IMG/VR virus record: IMGVR_UViG_3300033075_001328
Location: 1-64,000 of that record
DNA: 64,000 nucleotides
Source of the DNA: a virus
Taxonomy: Duplodnaviria; Caudoviricetes
Strand: one strand, 5' to 3'
Made by a program: the position numbers and the translations under genes. Below, piece by piece: positions 27,107 through 37,900 of the stretch. The notes under the pieces were generated by a model. It ran no database searches. It saw only the letters and a list, made by a program, of their open reading frames with translations, and was not told the origin of the DNA. The first letter of the stretch is position 1. Every line of letters starts with the position of its first letter.

Positions 27107-29608
27107 TTAATAGCCAACACTTTTTCTTGGTGCAGCTTTTTTCTTTTCCTTTTCGGGTTTCTCCTCCCTCACATCCACGCCACCACCAAAGAAAGCGTAG
27201 AACGCAAGTAGTCCATTTACCGCGCTAGGGTCATCTTTGTATAGGTCGTAAATAGTTTGATAAGTAATTGGAGTTGGATTAAGTTGGTCGCTCCAAGTAA
27301 ACTCTTTTCCATATGGGTCAACTCTAACACCCTCTTTATTAACCTTAGAAAAAAGTATATCTTTTGCAACGGCTGATGATGGACTTAGTTTATTGAATGC
27401 CTGCTGTAATAACAACTCCCCTCTTGTTGGGGCTTTATACGGAGTTCCTAAAGCGTAATCCTTACCTTCTCTATTCCCTTTTTCAGTTTTGTTTAAACTA
27501 TCCTGTATCATTCTTGATGTGAGGATTACTTGCTGTATCCTGCCCCCCCACGGGTCAATTATCCTATCCCCTAATTTTATTTTACCAAAGTCGGAATTAG
27601 TAGGGTCGCGCTCCACGTATGTTTCTGGGTCGTCGTCATTTTCTAATGCAGCCGCAACCATTGTTACCATAGCAGTTGTTAGCCCAACAAATGTTCCATA
27701 ATCTCGCAATGCCATTTTAGCGGCAGTAGGGCTTTTATAGGCTAGCCTGCCAAAATATACCGCAGCATAAGGTGATGCTGTCTTTAGCATAGAAGCCCAA
27801 TTTCTAGGAGAGAAAAGCACTAAAGTCAACCCATCTGCAATACGTTCTCCACGCTTACCTAAAGAAGCTCTACCTGTCAAGGTGTTTATCAAATCTGCAA
27901 CCGCCTTATAATCTTCGGGATGGCTTTCAATCTTTTTGCCTTGCATTTCAAGCATCTGCATACCATCTAAAAACCGTTCTATACGGACTGTGTCAAGATA
28001 ACCCACGGCAGCACGTTCAAAAGCCTTGAATGGGTTTATTTCTTTCCACTTATCACCTGCTTTTTCGTTTCCCTTGCCGATAACGTTGCCTATAGTATTC
28101 CATACCAAGTCGGTGTAGCCACTATAAAACAACTCCTCCCTTGCGGTTAGTTTTGCGTCAGGCTTAGTTAATGCCAATTTGCTATCTACTAATGCTGAAT
28201 AATAATCTTGCGCCTTAATTTCATTAAGGAACTTTTCGGTCTTGGCTTCGCTACTAAAATTGTTCAACGCCTGTTTTAGTCCTTTATACGCATAAGTCGG
28301 GTGCGCCACAGCTTGTACCAAGCCTTGTACGCCTAGAAATGAAAACTCACCAGTAGCTTTGAATAGACGCAGTAAGCCCCAAGCATCTGCCAAGTGGTCT
28401 TTAGCCTTCTGCCAACCATCCCTGTTTTTTAATTCCGCCTTGTACATTTCTTTATCGAACTGCTCTTGTAAGCGAGCCTTCTCTGCACGTAGCTTAGTTA
28501 GCTCCGTGTCGGCAATAATAGGTTTGCGTTTAGGCTTGGTGTAATCTTCTTTGGCTAGTTTTTCTTCTAACTGCCCGATTGATTTCTCGGTACGCTTTTT
28601 AGCTGCCTCGGTACGCGCCGCCTCTTTGCCCTCAAAGTATGCGCCAAGCTCAGAGGCAAAACGGTCTTTGTCGCCCTCTGTTAATGCTTTGTACCAGTCC
28701 GAGTCCTTTATGTTATCTATTACAACCGACACGCCGTCAGCTATGCTCCCCGCCTTTTCTATGGCCTGCGCAGCATTTTCAACAAGCTCGTTCCAATCAA
28801 ACGCACTCATTTTGGTCAGCTTGATAACATTGCCGTCCCTGTCCTTAAATTCAAATGGTTTAGTTTTAAGGGTGCGCACCTTGTCAGCAACTTTCTTAGC
28901 CCTTTCCGAGTATGTTTTCTTTTCTGCCTTGGCAACTTCCGCCTCTTGTGCATCAACGCGCTTCTCTGCCTCTGCCAAACGTTTCTGCACGTCTTTTAGC
29001 TTCTCGTCAAGCTCTTTGAACTTAGCCTCTACTTCGGGGCTTATCTCGCCTTTATTTAACTCTTTGTACTTCTTAACCTGCCTATCAAGGTTATAGTTGA
29101 AATTTGAGCGTTCGTATATGTCGTCCAACGCAGAAATAAACCTACCCCCGCTACGTGCCTTGGCATCAAACTCCGAAATTAATTTGGCTTGTAAATCGGT
29201 TAACCTCTGCACTTCTGCCGCATCGGTAGCCTCTGCTAGTTTGTTGCCAACATTATCTATAGCTTCCGCCCATATATAAGCCGCAGCACCGTCGTCCACT
29301 TGGCTTCTGCGCACGGCTTCTAACGCCGCATCTTCACCCACCTCTGCAATGAAATCCTTAGCGTTCTGTCTAGCCTTAGCCCTGCTCTCAGGCTCATAGG
29401 TCAACCCATGCTTTTCAACCGCCGCTTTTACTGCCTCAGGATTATCCCCCTTAAATGCACGGTTAAGTAAAGCCTTTTCTTTTGGTTCTTTAGGCGCAAA
29501 ATATCCCCCTAGCACATCGTCAAGGTTACCCTCAAGTATGTGCGCCTTAAACTCAGCCTCACTATATGTTTTGCCGTTTAAAGTATAAACGCAAGGGTTC
29601 TTAGCCAT
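27107..29608 (-). CDS. internal virion/ejection (cargo) protein
   Basis: 833 aa, helical/coiled-coil; DPTNSDFGKIKLG..DPWGG motif of large internal virion proteins. Confidence 0.65.
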   Translation of the reverse strand: MAKNPCVYTLNGKTYSEAEFKAHILEGNLDDVLGGYFAPKEPKEKALLNRAFKGDNPEAVKAAVEKHGLTYEPESRAKARQNAKDFIAEVGEDAALEAVRRSQVDDGAAAYIWAEAIDNVGNKLAEATDAAEVQRLTDLQAKLISEFDAKARSGGRFISALDDIYERSNFNYNLDRQVKKYKELNKGEISPEVEAKFKELDEKLKDVQKRLAEAEKRVDAQEAEVAKAEKKTYSERAKKVADKVRTLKTKPFEFKDRDGNVIKLTKMSAFDWNELVENAAQAIEKAGSIADGVSVVIDNIKDSDWYKALTEGDKDRFASELGAYFEGKEAARTEAAKKRTEKSIGQLEEKLAKEDYTKPKRKPIIADTELTKLRAEKARLQEQFDKEMYKAELKNRDGWQKAKDHLADAWGLLRLFKATGEFSFLGVQGLVQAVAHPTYAYKGLKQALNNFSSEAKTEKFLNEIKAQDYYSALVDSKLALTKPDAKLTAREELFYSGYTDLVWNTIGNVIGKGNEKAGDKWKEINPFKAFERAAVGYLDTVRIERFLDGMQMLEMQGKKIESHPEDYKAVADLINTLTGRASLGKRGERIADGLTLVLFSPRNWASMLKTASPYAAVYFGRLAYKSPTAAKMALRDYGTFVGLTTAMVTMVAAALENDDDPETYVERDPTNSDFGKIKLGDRIIDPWGGRIQQVILTSRMIQDSLNKTEKGNREGKDYALGTPYKAPTRGELLLQQAFNKLSPSSAVAKDILFSKVNKEGVRVDPYGKEFTWSDQLNPTPITYQTIYDLYKDDPSAVNGLLAFYAFFGGGVDVREEKPEKEKKKAAPRKSVGY

Positions 29609-30104
29609 TAGCTAGTTTTTTAAGTTCCTTATCTATCAATATTGCACCCGCACCCGTGCTGCCCGCTACTTCAAGCCTGTTTATCATATCAGCATAAAAG
29701 CCGACATGCTCGCGCTGCACCTGTATGAAAAACAATAGGTGTTGCGCTATTTCGGGGTATTCTGTGCCCTCTTTTTTATAGAACTCCTTATAGAAGTCAA
29801 GCAAGTCTTTTTCATTGTCGTATGCTACCTTTAGTGCATCTTTCAATGATTTCGGGTATTCGCCCTGTGGCTTTATCGCAGGGGTCTTGCCAAGTATGCC
29901 CATGTCGTTCAAGAAGTCAACATGCTTTTGATAATGCGTAACTTCTTCGTCGCTCTCGGCTAAGAAGTATGCCTGCGCACCAAAGAAACCAACCGACTGC
30001 ATAGCATTGGCTAGCTCTTTATATACATGGAAGTGGCTAAGTTCATAGCCCATTGCCTTCTCAAAAATAGCCACACAGGCTGTATCTAGTAGTTTATCTC
30101 TCAT
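29601..30104 (-). CDS. ferritin (non-haem FtnA-like)
   Basis: Ferroxidase-type residues E21, Y28, E53/E54, H57 plus YDNE and IQVQREH motifs; four-helix bundle length. Confidence 0.85.
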   Translation of the reverse strand: MRDKLLDTACVAIFEKAMGYELSHFHVYKELANAMQSVGFFGAQAYFLAESDEEVTHYQKHVDFLNDMGILGKTPAIKPQGEYPKSLKDALKVAYDNEKDLLDFYKEFYKKEGTEYPEIAQHLLFFIQVQREHVGFYADMINRLEVAGSTGAGAILIDKELKKLANG

Positions 30105-30114
30105 TCTATATGGT

Positions 30115-32373
30115 TTAACAATCTATTCTAAATGCTACCTCACCTTTGTCGGCTCTAGCTTGCAAGTCGGCTATCATGCTATCAAAGTTGTCTGTAATAG
30201 TAATAGCTTTGTCTTTAAGCCCCCCCATTTTTTCAAGCACCTTATCTTTGGCAAAGTTACCCCTTTTGTTGCTATGCTCCTCAAAAATACTAGCGGCATC
30301 TACGGAAACAGCCTCTCCAGTACCCATTGCAGCATTTGCCTCCATTTGGGGCGTGTCGGTTGCAACTTGTTCAGCATTGGGTGTTCGCGTATCCATTGCT
30401 CCAAATTGTCCTTCTGTCGTTGTTCCTTCGGCAGCAACATCCGTTCCTTCGCTTGAGGTAGTAGTTTCATTGGTAGAAGCTTCTTTTTCAATAATGGTTG
30501 GCTCTAATTCTTTCTCAATAGCCTTTTCGGCGCGCTTCTCCGCAGCCTTCTCCCTAGCTTCGTAGTGCTTCAACTCCGCCTTCTCGCTAGGCAACAAAGG
30601 TTTCTCGCTATCGCTTTTACGTTCCTTTAACTTCTCGTAAGCCTTCTGCTCTTTGAGCGTCAACGGTGCCCCCGTTTCTTCTTGTATCTTCCTATTAACA
30701 GCTTCTATCTCAGATTCAATAGCAGGCTTAAAAGCATCATCCTTCTCTTCTAACTGTTTCTCTAGTTCAATTTTTCGCTCCATGTCGGGCAGCACAGCAT
30801 CCCTTGTTTCTTGCGGTAGTTCAGTTGGCATCTTATCATAAGCCTTCTTGGTATCTAACACTTGATTCAATGTAGCCTGCCCACGGGCAGCATCTATAAC
30901 CCCATCTTCTATAGCCTTATTCACTACCCCTTGTATAGTAGATACATCGCTTTGCGCCAATCCGTTTACCAATAACTTATGAACGGCAGGCTTTAATTTA
31001 GCTGCGCCGCCAAACAGGGCATTCATAGCCAAACTAAACCCAACTTCGCCAACACCTTGTTCCAATACGCCGTCCATATCTTCTATGTTGTAGCCTAGAC
31101 TTTTGCCATATTGGTTATTTGCATACTGCATACCCATAGCTACTGCGCCATCAATACCTGCATCTACCAAGGCAGTTTTTACACCCTGTACTAGCGTCTT
31201 GTTTGCCAAGCCGCCCGCTTTCATGAACGGGTTTATAAAACCTATACCGCCCTCAATAGCACCTGTCGCAGCACCTACTTTAGCAAAATCTTTAGCGGGA
31301 GCAATAGCATCTTTAGGTTCTAACCCTTGCTGCCTGCCTTGTATATAACCTTGAATTAAGTTACTCCCATATCCCATTGTGCCATAAGTAGCCATTGCCA
31401 CACCCGCACCTCCTATGCCACCCGTAAGAAACGAAGTACCTATTGTTGTTGCCATTGGAGCAACCTGTCCGCCCAACATTTCTGCCCCCATATTCCAAAT
31501 GCTTCTGTCTAGTTCTGGCTGCGACATTTGCTGCACATATATTCGCTCTAGTTCATCTTGCAATGAAATGTCGTCCTTTTCACCCGCTTTCAATGCAATG
31601 CTAATAGCGGCGTTAGTTTGCGCCATGCCATTCATAAAGGCATCGTCTATCTGAAACTCTCCAAGCTGCGCCGACTTTATCTGTTTAAGGCTAGCAATAT
31701 CTTTTGCCAACTCTGCTTGGTCTGTATTATATTGTTGCGCGGCGATATTAGCTGCTTGCTTTTTTTGCTCAAGCATAACTGGCAACTGTTCAGGTGTGGC
31801 ATTTTTTATTTCGCTCTTGGCAGATTTAAACCGTGCATCAAACTCTTTCAGATATTCGTCTGGGTAGTTTTTTACCACCGAGCCGTCCGCCATTGTTGTA
31901 TAGGCATTAGCGGGGGAGTATGTGTCTGTTTTGGCATCGTAAGCAACATTACCCGTTCCCTCAAAACTACCGCCACCAAAGCTGTTATCAAAGGTCATGG
32001 CAGCATCAATAGCACCTATATCTTTTAGTGAGCCTTCGTAAGACTTTAACGACTGTGTAGCTTTCTTACTTTTCTCTACTGCGCTTTGGGTAATACGCTG
32101 CTCTTCCGAAGGTGCACTTTCGGTATAAGTAGTATTGGTGTACTTTGATTCAGACAGCTTTGCTGGCGTTTTGTCGCCGCCGCTCCATGAGTAATTATAC
32201 ACGCCACTCTGCGCAGAAGGCGTGGTACGCTGCTGTACAGGCTGCGTAGAAGCGGGAGTAATATTTTCTTTTTTTTTTGGAGGCGGAGGCAATAGTTCGC
32301 CTGTACCTCCAATGCTATCTTGCGGTTGTTGCCTTTTCGGTGGTGGTGGTAATAGTTCTTCGTCGCCTACCAT
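30115..32373 (-). CDS. internal virion/ejection (cargo) protein
   Basis: 752 aa; Gly/Ala-rich hydrophobic central region; duplicated ELLPPPPK N-terminus. Confidence 0.65.
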   Translation of the reverse strand: MVGDEELLPPPPKRQQPQDSIGGTGELLPPPPKKKENITPASTQPVQQRTTPSAQSGVYNYSWSGGDKTPAKLSESKYTNTTYTESAPSEEQRITQSAVEKSKKATQSLKSYEGSLKDIGAIDAAMTFDNSFGGGSFEGTGNVAYDAKTDTYSPANAYTTMADGSVVKNYPDEYLKEFDARFKSAKSEIKNATPEQLPVMLEQKKQAANIAAQQYNTDQAELAKDIASLKQIKSAQLGEFQIDDAFMNGMAQTNAAISIALKAGEKDDISLQDELERIYVQQMSQPELDRSIWNMGAEMLGGQVAPMATTIGTSFLTGGIGGAGVAMATYGTMGYGSNLIQGYIQGRQQGLEPKDAIAPAKDFAKVGAATGAIEGGIGFINPFMKAGGLANKTLVQGVKTALVDAGIDGAVAMGMQYANNQYGKSLGYNIEDMDGVLEQGVGEVGFSLAMNALFGGAAKLKPAVHKLLVNGLAQSDVSTIQGVVNKAIEDGVIDAARGQATLNQVLDTKKAYDKMPTELPQETRDAVLPDMERKIELEKQLEEKDDAFKPAIESEIEAVNRKIQEETGAPLTLKEQKAYEKLKERKSDSEKPLLPSEKAELKHYEAREKAAEKRAEKAIEKELEPTIIEKEASTNETTTSSEGTDVAAEGTTTEGQFGAMDTRTPNAEQVATDTPQMEANAAMGTGEAVSVDAASIFEEHSNKRGNFAKDKVLEKMGGLKDKAITITDNFDSMIADLQARADKGEVAFRIDC

Positions 32374-34007
32374 TATTGTATATTATAGCCTTGTGATTTG
32401 TAATAGTCTATCAACTCTTGCTCGGTATAACCTTCGTAGCCTTTCGTTCCTACTAGCGACTTTATCTTGGTTCTAGTAGTGGTCTTTGGTGCGTTTTGCT
32501 GCTGCGCGGGTTGCGTTACGCTAGGCTCATTTGTTTTTGCCAATACCCGCACGTTCGCTACATTGCCATTGTAGCCGTTTGCTTTACTTAACACACTGCG
32601 CACAGAAGAAGTCGGTATTTTATTTTCTACTGCTATACCTGTAATTATGTTTTCTGTTACAGGAACATAGCCTTCATCATCTATATCCATGCCATTCATT
32701 CTGCTACCACCGCCGTCTTTAGTGTACGCAGACTGCGCCGTCTTAACCAAGACCGTACCGTCAGGCTTAATTTTCCATCCAATAATGATGTTTGGCTCTG
32801 TATCTAGTGATACGTTACCGTTAGCGTCAGTACGTTGCACGTTAAAATTACCCGCACTTATACCTGCAAGGTTATTTGAGTACCACGCTTGGGCTGCGGT
32901 TATTGGGCTAGCCAAAGCCCCGCCGCCTACCTTACTAAGCGTATTCCATTCTGTAGGTGTTGCGGTTTGACCGTTATACACCTTTGCCTTACCCGTAAAT
33001 ATATTGCCCATTTGCTCTAGCACAAACGAAGCCTTTTCTTCTTCTTCCTTTTTCTTGTAGCCATATTTTACACCCTCTTTATGAGCGGTACTCTCCTTGC
33101 CCTCTTCAAAAGAGATTTTGGGCGCATTTATTGCGTTTGTCATGCGCTCTATCATAACCGTAGAAGGGTCAACGCCGCGCCTATTCGCCTCTTCGGTTAC
33201 TGACATCCTGTTTGCGCTCCCCTGTGGCAATAGGTTAAATTCATCAGTAGCATCTTGCACTACATCGTAGTCTGCCTGTAATGCAGAGTTTAAGGTATTA
33301 AGCTGCTGGTCGGATAGTTTTTCTTCGGTATAGTACCCTTTGCTGCCAAAAGGCAATTGCTCAGTTACAATATTGCCAGCTTCATCCCGCATTACCTTTT
33401 GCTCCCTTGGTATCTTGTCCAACTTTTTCTTTACTGTATCGTAAAGAGAAATCTTTTTAGGCTGGTATAAAGGGTATTTAGAAATAGCTTCATCCCCTTT
33501 TTCGCCCATACGCTGTTCTAGCGGCAACATCCTAAGCTGTGCCATGTTTGTTACGTGGCTTTTGTCATACTTGGATAGGTCGCCATCCGCCGCCTTTTGT
33601 AGGTATTGGTTGAATGACTTGCTGCCAGATATTGCTGTATCAAGCCGCTGCTTATCTACATTCCACTTGGCTATATCTGCTACGTAATTTGGATTACCTA
33701 CGTCTCCTGCGTATTTAGCTTGTATGGCGGCATAGTCCTCAAATACCTTTTGCGCCATACCACTTATCGGGGCGGTATCTTCGGGCAGTATTCCGTCGGG
33801 GTTATACTTTAGGTCGGCAGTCATTTTCATGGCCTGCTGCTTCAAAGCCAACTTTTCCGCTTGCCTTACACGTTGCCCCTCATCAAACTTCTTTAAATTA
33901 CCCAAATGAACGTCCAACGGGTTTACCGTGTCGCTCAAATATACTGCCCCTATGTTAGTAGGGTTCTCCGCTAAAGAAGGAAGTCCGTTTGCTTCGACTA
34001 CTGCCAT
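32373..34007 (-). CDS. internal virion/ejection (cargo) protein
   Basis: 544 aa, position downstream of muzzle, translational coupling. Confidence 0.6.
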   Translation of the reverse strand: MAVVEANGLPSLAENPTNIGAVYLSDTVNPLDVHLGNLKKFDEGQRVRQAEKLALKQQAMKMTADLKYNPDGILPEDTAPISGMAQKVFEDYAAIQAKYAGDVGNPNYVADIAKWNVDKQRLDTAISGSKSFNQYLQKAADGDLSKYDKSHVTNMAQLRMLPLEQRMGEKGDEAISKYPLYQPKKISLYDTVKKKLDKIPREQKVMRDEAGNIVTEQLPFGSKGYYTEEKLSDQQLNTLNSALQADYDVVQDATDEFNLLPQGSANRMSVTEEANRRGVDPSTVMIERMTNAINAPKISFEEGKESTAHKEGVKYGYKKKEEEEKASFVLEQMGNIFTGKAKVYNGQTATPTEWNTLSKVGGGALASPITAAQAWYSNNLAGISAGNFNVQRTDANGNVSLDTEPNIIIGWKIKPDGTVLVKTAQSAYTKDGGGSRMNGMDIDDEGYVPVTENIITGIAVENKIPTSSVRSVLSKANGYNGNVANVRVLAKTNEPSVTQPAQQQNAPKTTTRTKIKSLVGTKGYEGYTEQELIDYYKSQGYNIQ

Positions 34008-34810
34008 TGTGATGAATATGGATTTATTCCTAGTTGTATTTCTTGTCCCTGCGCTACACTTGGCGCAGTAGGCATGTATTCAAATCCCGTTGTTGCGGGT
34101 AAATTTACATTATTGCCTTGCTTAATTAACCAATTCAAATATGCCTGCTGTTGTGCCCTTTTTTGCTGTTCCGCGGGCATGTTTGCTAGGCTTGTAGCTG
34201 TTGAGCTAATAGAGCCTAACACAGTATTTAAGCCTTGTTGCTTATTAAATGTGGCAGCATTTTCAAGTGCCGCCGCCTGCTGCAATATATCGCGCTGTTT
34301 TTGGTCTGTTATGCCTTGCTGAACATCCTTCTTGCTGCCAATCATTTCTAGGTCTTTGCCTACTTGGCTGCGCATATCTGCCTTATATCTTAGGTCGGTA
34401 GCGGTCAAATCGTTCTGCGCTGCATTTTGTTGACCGATAGCTGCCGATAAAGCAGCAACGGTTTGTGCCCCGCTAGCTGAACTTTCTTTAATTGCACGAA
34501 GGTTAGCCGCAGTAGCCGCATCTAATTTTTGCTGCCCAAGTTCTAATCCTGCCATACCGCTTAAAGCCGCCATTTGGTCGGCACGTAGCTTCTTGTAGTA
34601 TTCGCTTTGTATGTTTCTAGGCTGCAATCCAGCCGCTTGCTTACGAGCATTCGCCGCTTGTTCAGCCTGCTTTTTTGCAGCAGCACTTTGCATTAAGCCA
34701 CCACCCATGCTAGCCGCCATAGACAGCACAGAGCCCACCACGGGTACAGCGTTTAACACAGGGGCAACACCTTGTATTATCCCTCCTGCCGTTCCTAATC
34801 CATCTGCCAT
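33998..34810 (-). CDS. ejection/pilot protein
   Basis: Gly/Ala/Gln-rich with amphipathic N-terminus (AVPVVGSVLSMAASMGGGL). Confidence 0.65.
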   Translation of the reverse strand: MADGLGTAGGIIQGVAPVLNAVPVVGSVLSMAASMGGGLMQSAAAKKQAEQAANARKQAAGLQPRNIQSEYYKKLRADQMAALSGMAGLELGQQKLDAATAANLRAIKESSASGAQTVAALSAAIGQQNAAQNDLTATDLRYKADMRSQVGKDLEMIGSKKDVQQGITDQKQRDILQQAAALENAATFNKQQGLNTVLGSISSTATSLANMPAEQQKRAQQQAYLNWLIKQGNNVNLPATTGFEYMPTAPSVAQGQEIQLGINPYSSQWQ

Positions 34811-34949
34811 AACATATACTTTATTGTTTCAAAAATAATCATTGCCGCTATCATTTCAAACTTAATACGTTGAACTGCTTACGTATACTGCAAATACACC
34901 CGTATGGGTAGAAACAAAAACATCTAAGCTAACATATCCTATTACCATG

Positions 34950-37900
34950 CTATTTTGTTGAACGCTCGCTGATTTGATACCTTGCCACTACCTCATTTAG
35001 AAACAATTCACCCGTATAGTCATTCGCAAGCCTTAATTCCAAAGTAGAAGAACGCATCATCCTGCCATTTACTATCCTTGTTTGGGCAGGTACGCTATCG
35101 TCAGTCAAATCACGCTTACACGGGGTGTACCAAAACTCTTCCAACTGCCTCCAATTCGCCTTATTGATACGGCTCAGTTGATTGTTTAGGTTTGTCATAG
35201 TAGCCGACCAGTCGCACCCGCCGTTTGCTTGGTACTGCTTTATGTTGAACGAATGCCAAACCTTTGGCGTTTGCGGCACTGCATTAAACATAGGCGTAAA
35301 TACAGTGTCATATTGTGCTGTAAAGAAATTGTTTCTCGTGGCACTTTTATCTTGAATCCATAGATAACCGTCTTTGAAAGAAACAACCTCGTCGCCCAAA
35401 GCACAGTAATTCTCAGGTGTATACGAACGGAAGCTAATCCATTTATTGCCTTTTGTGTAGTCATTACCTTCAAACCATACTATCGTTTCAGGTAAAGAGT
35501 ATATCAAGTTAACGGTACTCAAAGGCACTAACCTAATCGTGTCTGTAGTTAATACTCGCACCACAATAAATGCTCCATCTATACTTGTTACTTCCCCTGT
35601 ATATGATTTACCGTTTGGCAATAATTGCACTTCAACGGTACTATATAGTTCGGGATAGTTGCCAGTTACAATAAGCCTTATATCGTATCCTCCCGAAACA
35701 GGGGTGCTGTTCGATACCAAAAGTATTTGGTTGCGCTTTCTCCAATAGGTCAATATGTACTCTTCATGGTATCTGTCATATACCGCTACTGCATCGGTTA
35801 TGCCTTCGTCCGAAAGTTGCTTGAAAAATGCCGCTACTTTAGCATCGCTTATCACCACTTCACCATCGCCTTGGTATTTCCAAGCGTTTGCCATGTAGTT
35901 AGTCCAACCAAATATTTTACCGCTTTGTGTACAAACCGAAGCGGGTAGGTCTGTACCTAGCTGTTGGCTATGCACGTAATCCGTACCCAAGAAACTATCC
36001 GATAATGATAATACTCCCGTATTGCTAGCTGCTTGGTAAGCTGTAATGCGCTGTATGTAGTTGCTTACTTCCCTGCGAGACCCAATTACTACTAAGTTGT
36101 TCTGCGTAAAAATAAAACGCTGTATCTGTCCGTCAGCCCTATCTAGTTCTTTGGCGTTTAGTTCCTCAAAACTACTTAATCCGTTTACTGCCGTAGAAGG
36201 TATAAATTGATTGCTGAAACGCATCAACATCGGGCGGTATATCTGCTTAAAATTTGGGTCAATCAAACCAATCCTGCCTATATCCTGTGCGTCGCTTGGG
36301 TAGAAATCACTAACGCTAGCATCCTCTATTGTTACAGGATATGCCGCGGCGAACTTTGTTTCGCTGTCATTTACAATAATAAGCCTGCCCCTCCAGTATG
36401 TATCTCCGTTTGTAAACGTGCCGCTTGTTACGCTGTGTTGGTTGTTAGGCGTATTTGGCGCGGTGCATTTGTAAACTTCGCCAACTTCATACAGTATCTG
36501 CTCATCATCTGTGGCAACGCTTTTAGGGTTAAATATCTCCAATAGGCATCCCGAAGTTATCTGTACAGAAGCCGACGTTATTTTTACTATAACAGATTGC
36601 GTTGTTTCATCGTAACTAGTTATCTCAAAGTCGTTAACGCCTTGGTAAAACTGCACCGTTCTGTCCGCCATTAACCTTAATCTATCGCCCTGCTCAAAAG
36701 TATACCCTACTTGGCTGTCATTGTTAGCAGATTGATAAGATATGATATTACTTATTGATATTTTAATAGCCGTAGCATCCCCATTGGCGTAAGCTGTTTC
36801 TATTTCTGGCGTATTATCTGTTTCTACCGCACTCAAGTATGTAACTTGATTAGCTACCCATTGCAAGTATCTTCCGTATATAAGGTTTTTAGTACGAACA
36901 AATTGATAGAAAGCAGCCCATTCGGGAGGGTTGTAATTAGGGTCTAAAGCCCAACTTATAACAGGCTTACCTTGTATGTATGTATTCGGAGCATATTGGT
37001 TAGGGAAATATTTATTTAAGTCTTCTGTTTCAAAGGGTATATATATATCGAATAACCTTGCTACCGAACAAAGCCTGCCTGCGTTGTCGTAGTACCTTAT
37101 GCCGTCTATGTATTGACCGCCCCTCTTTCTTGCTTTAAGCGCAGGGTTGTTGTTTTCATCTATAATAAAATCTGCAACTATATATGGATTAGTTGGATTA
37201 TACTGGCTTGGATTTGGCCCGAATGGGTCAATGTCAATATTTATGGACTGCCCGTTAGGATATACAGGTTGGCAGAATACGCTAAGCTGGAATATTAGGT
37301 CGTCAACAAGCCTATTTGGAGCGGGCAATCGTGTGTTGTTCGTCGCAAAAGCTGCAAGGTTTGCCGTAACCATATCAGCCCAAGCTATGATGCTATAAGA
37401 GCCGTCTTGAAGCGTTACTCCTGTTTTGCCGTTTTCATAAACAGCCAATACGCCGCTAACAGCGTCTCCGTTAGAATTTAATACATTGCCGTTTATAAAA
37501 GTAGAACACATGTTCCTTGCATCGGGAGTATCGGTAGCCACTGCGCCATACACCAAAGAGTATCCGTTGCCTGTCGGCGGAGTGCTATTGCTGTTCCAAT
37601 TGTAAGGCATTGTTGTTTTGGTAAAAACGTCGGTTAGTGAACCGTAGTATATAACAGCACTATCAGTAAGTATGGTTATTGGCAATGTTGGCGCATTTGG
37701 ATTTTGTCCACTAAGTGCCCGTATAACCAAAAACGAAACTGAGTTCAATACAGTTATACCAAAGAAATACCCATTGTGGTCTGTGGTGCATCCGTCATAC
37801 CATCCTTGTAATGCCTGATAAAACGCACCCGCTTTCTCAACCGCAACACCAGTGAAGCTATCCGAGTTTATGTCGCTGTTGCCTAGTGAATCAAATAGGT

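Noticed and set aside
32269-32278. A10 homopolymer (T10 on plus) near the start of the 752-aa cargo gene as a phase-variation site
   Set aside because: It is in frame and encodes a Lys run after PPPP; there is no evidence of length variation without reads.
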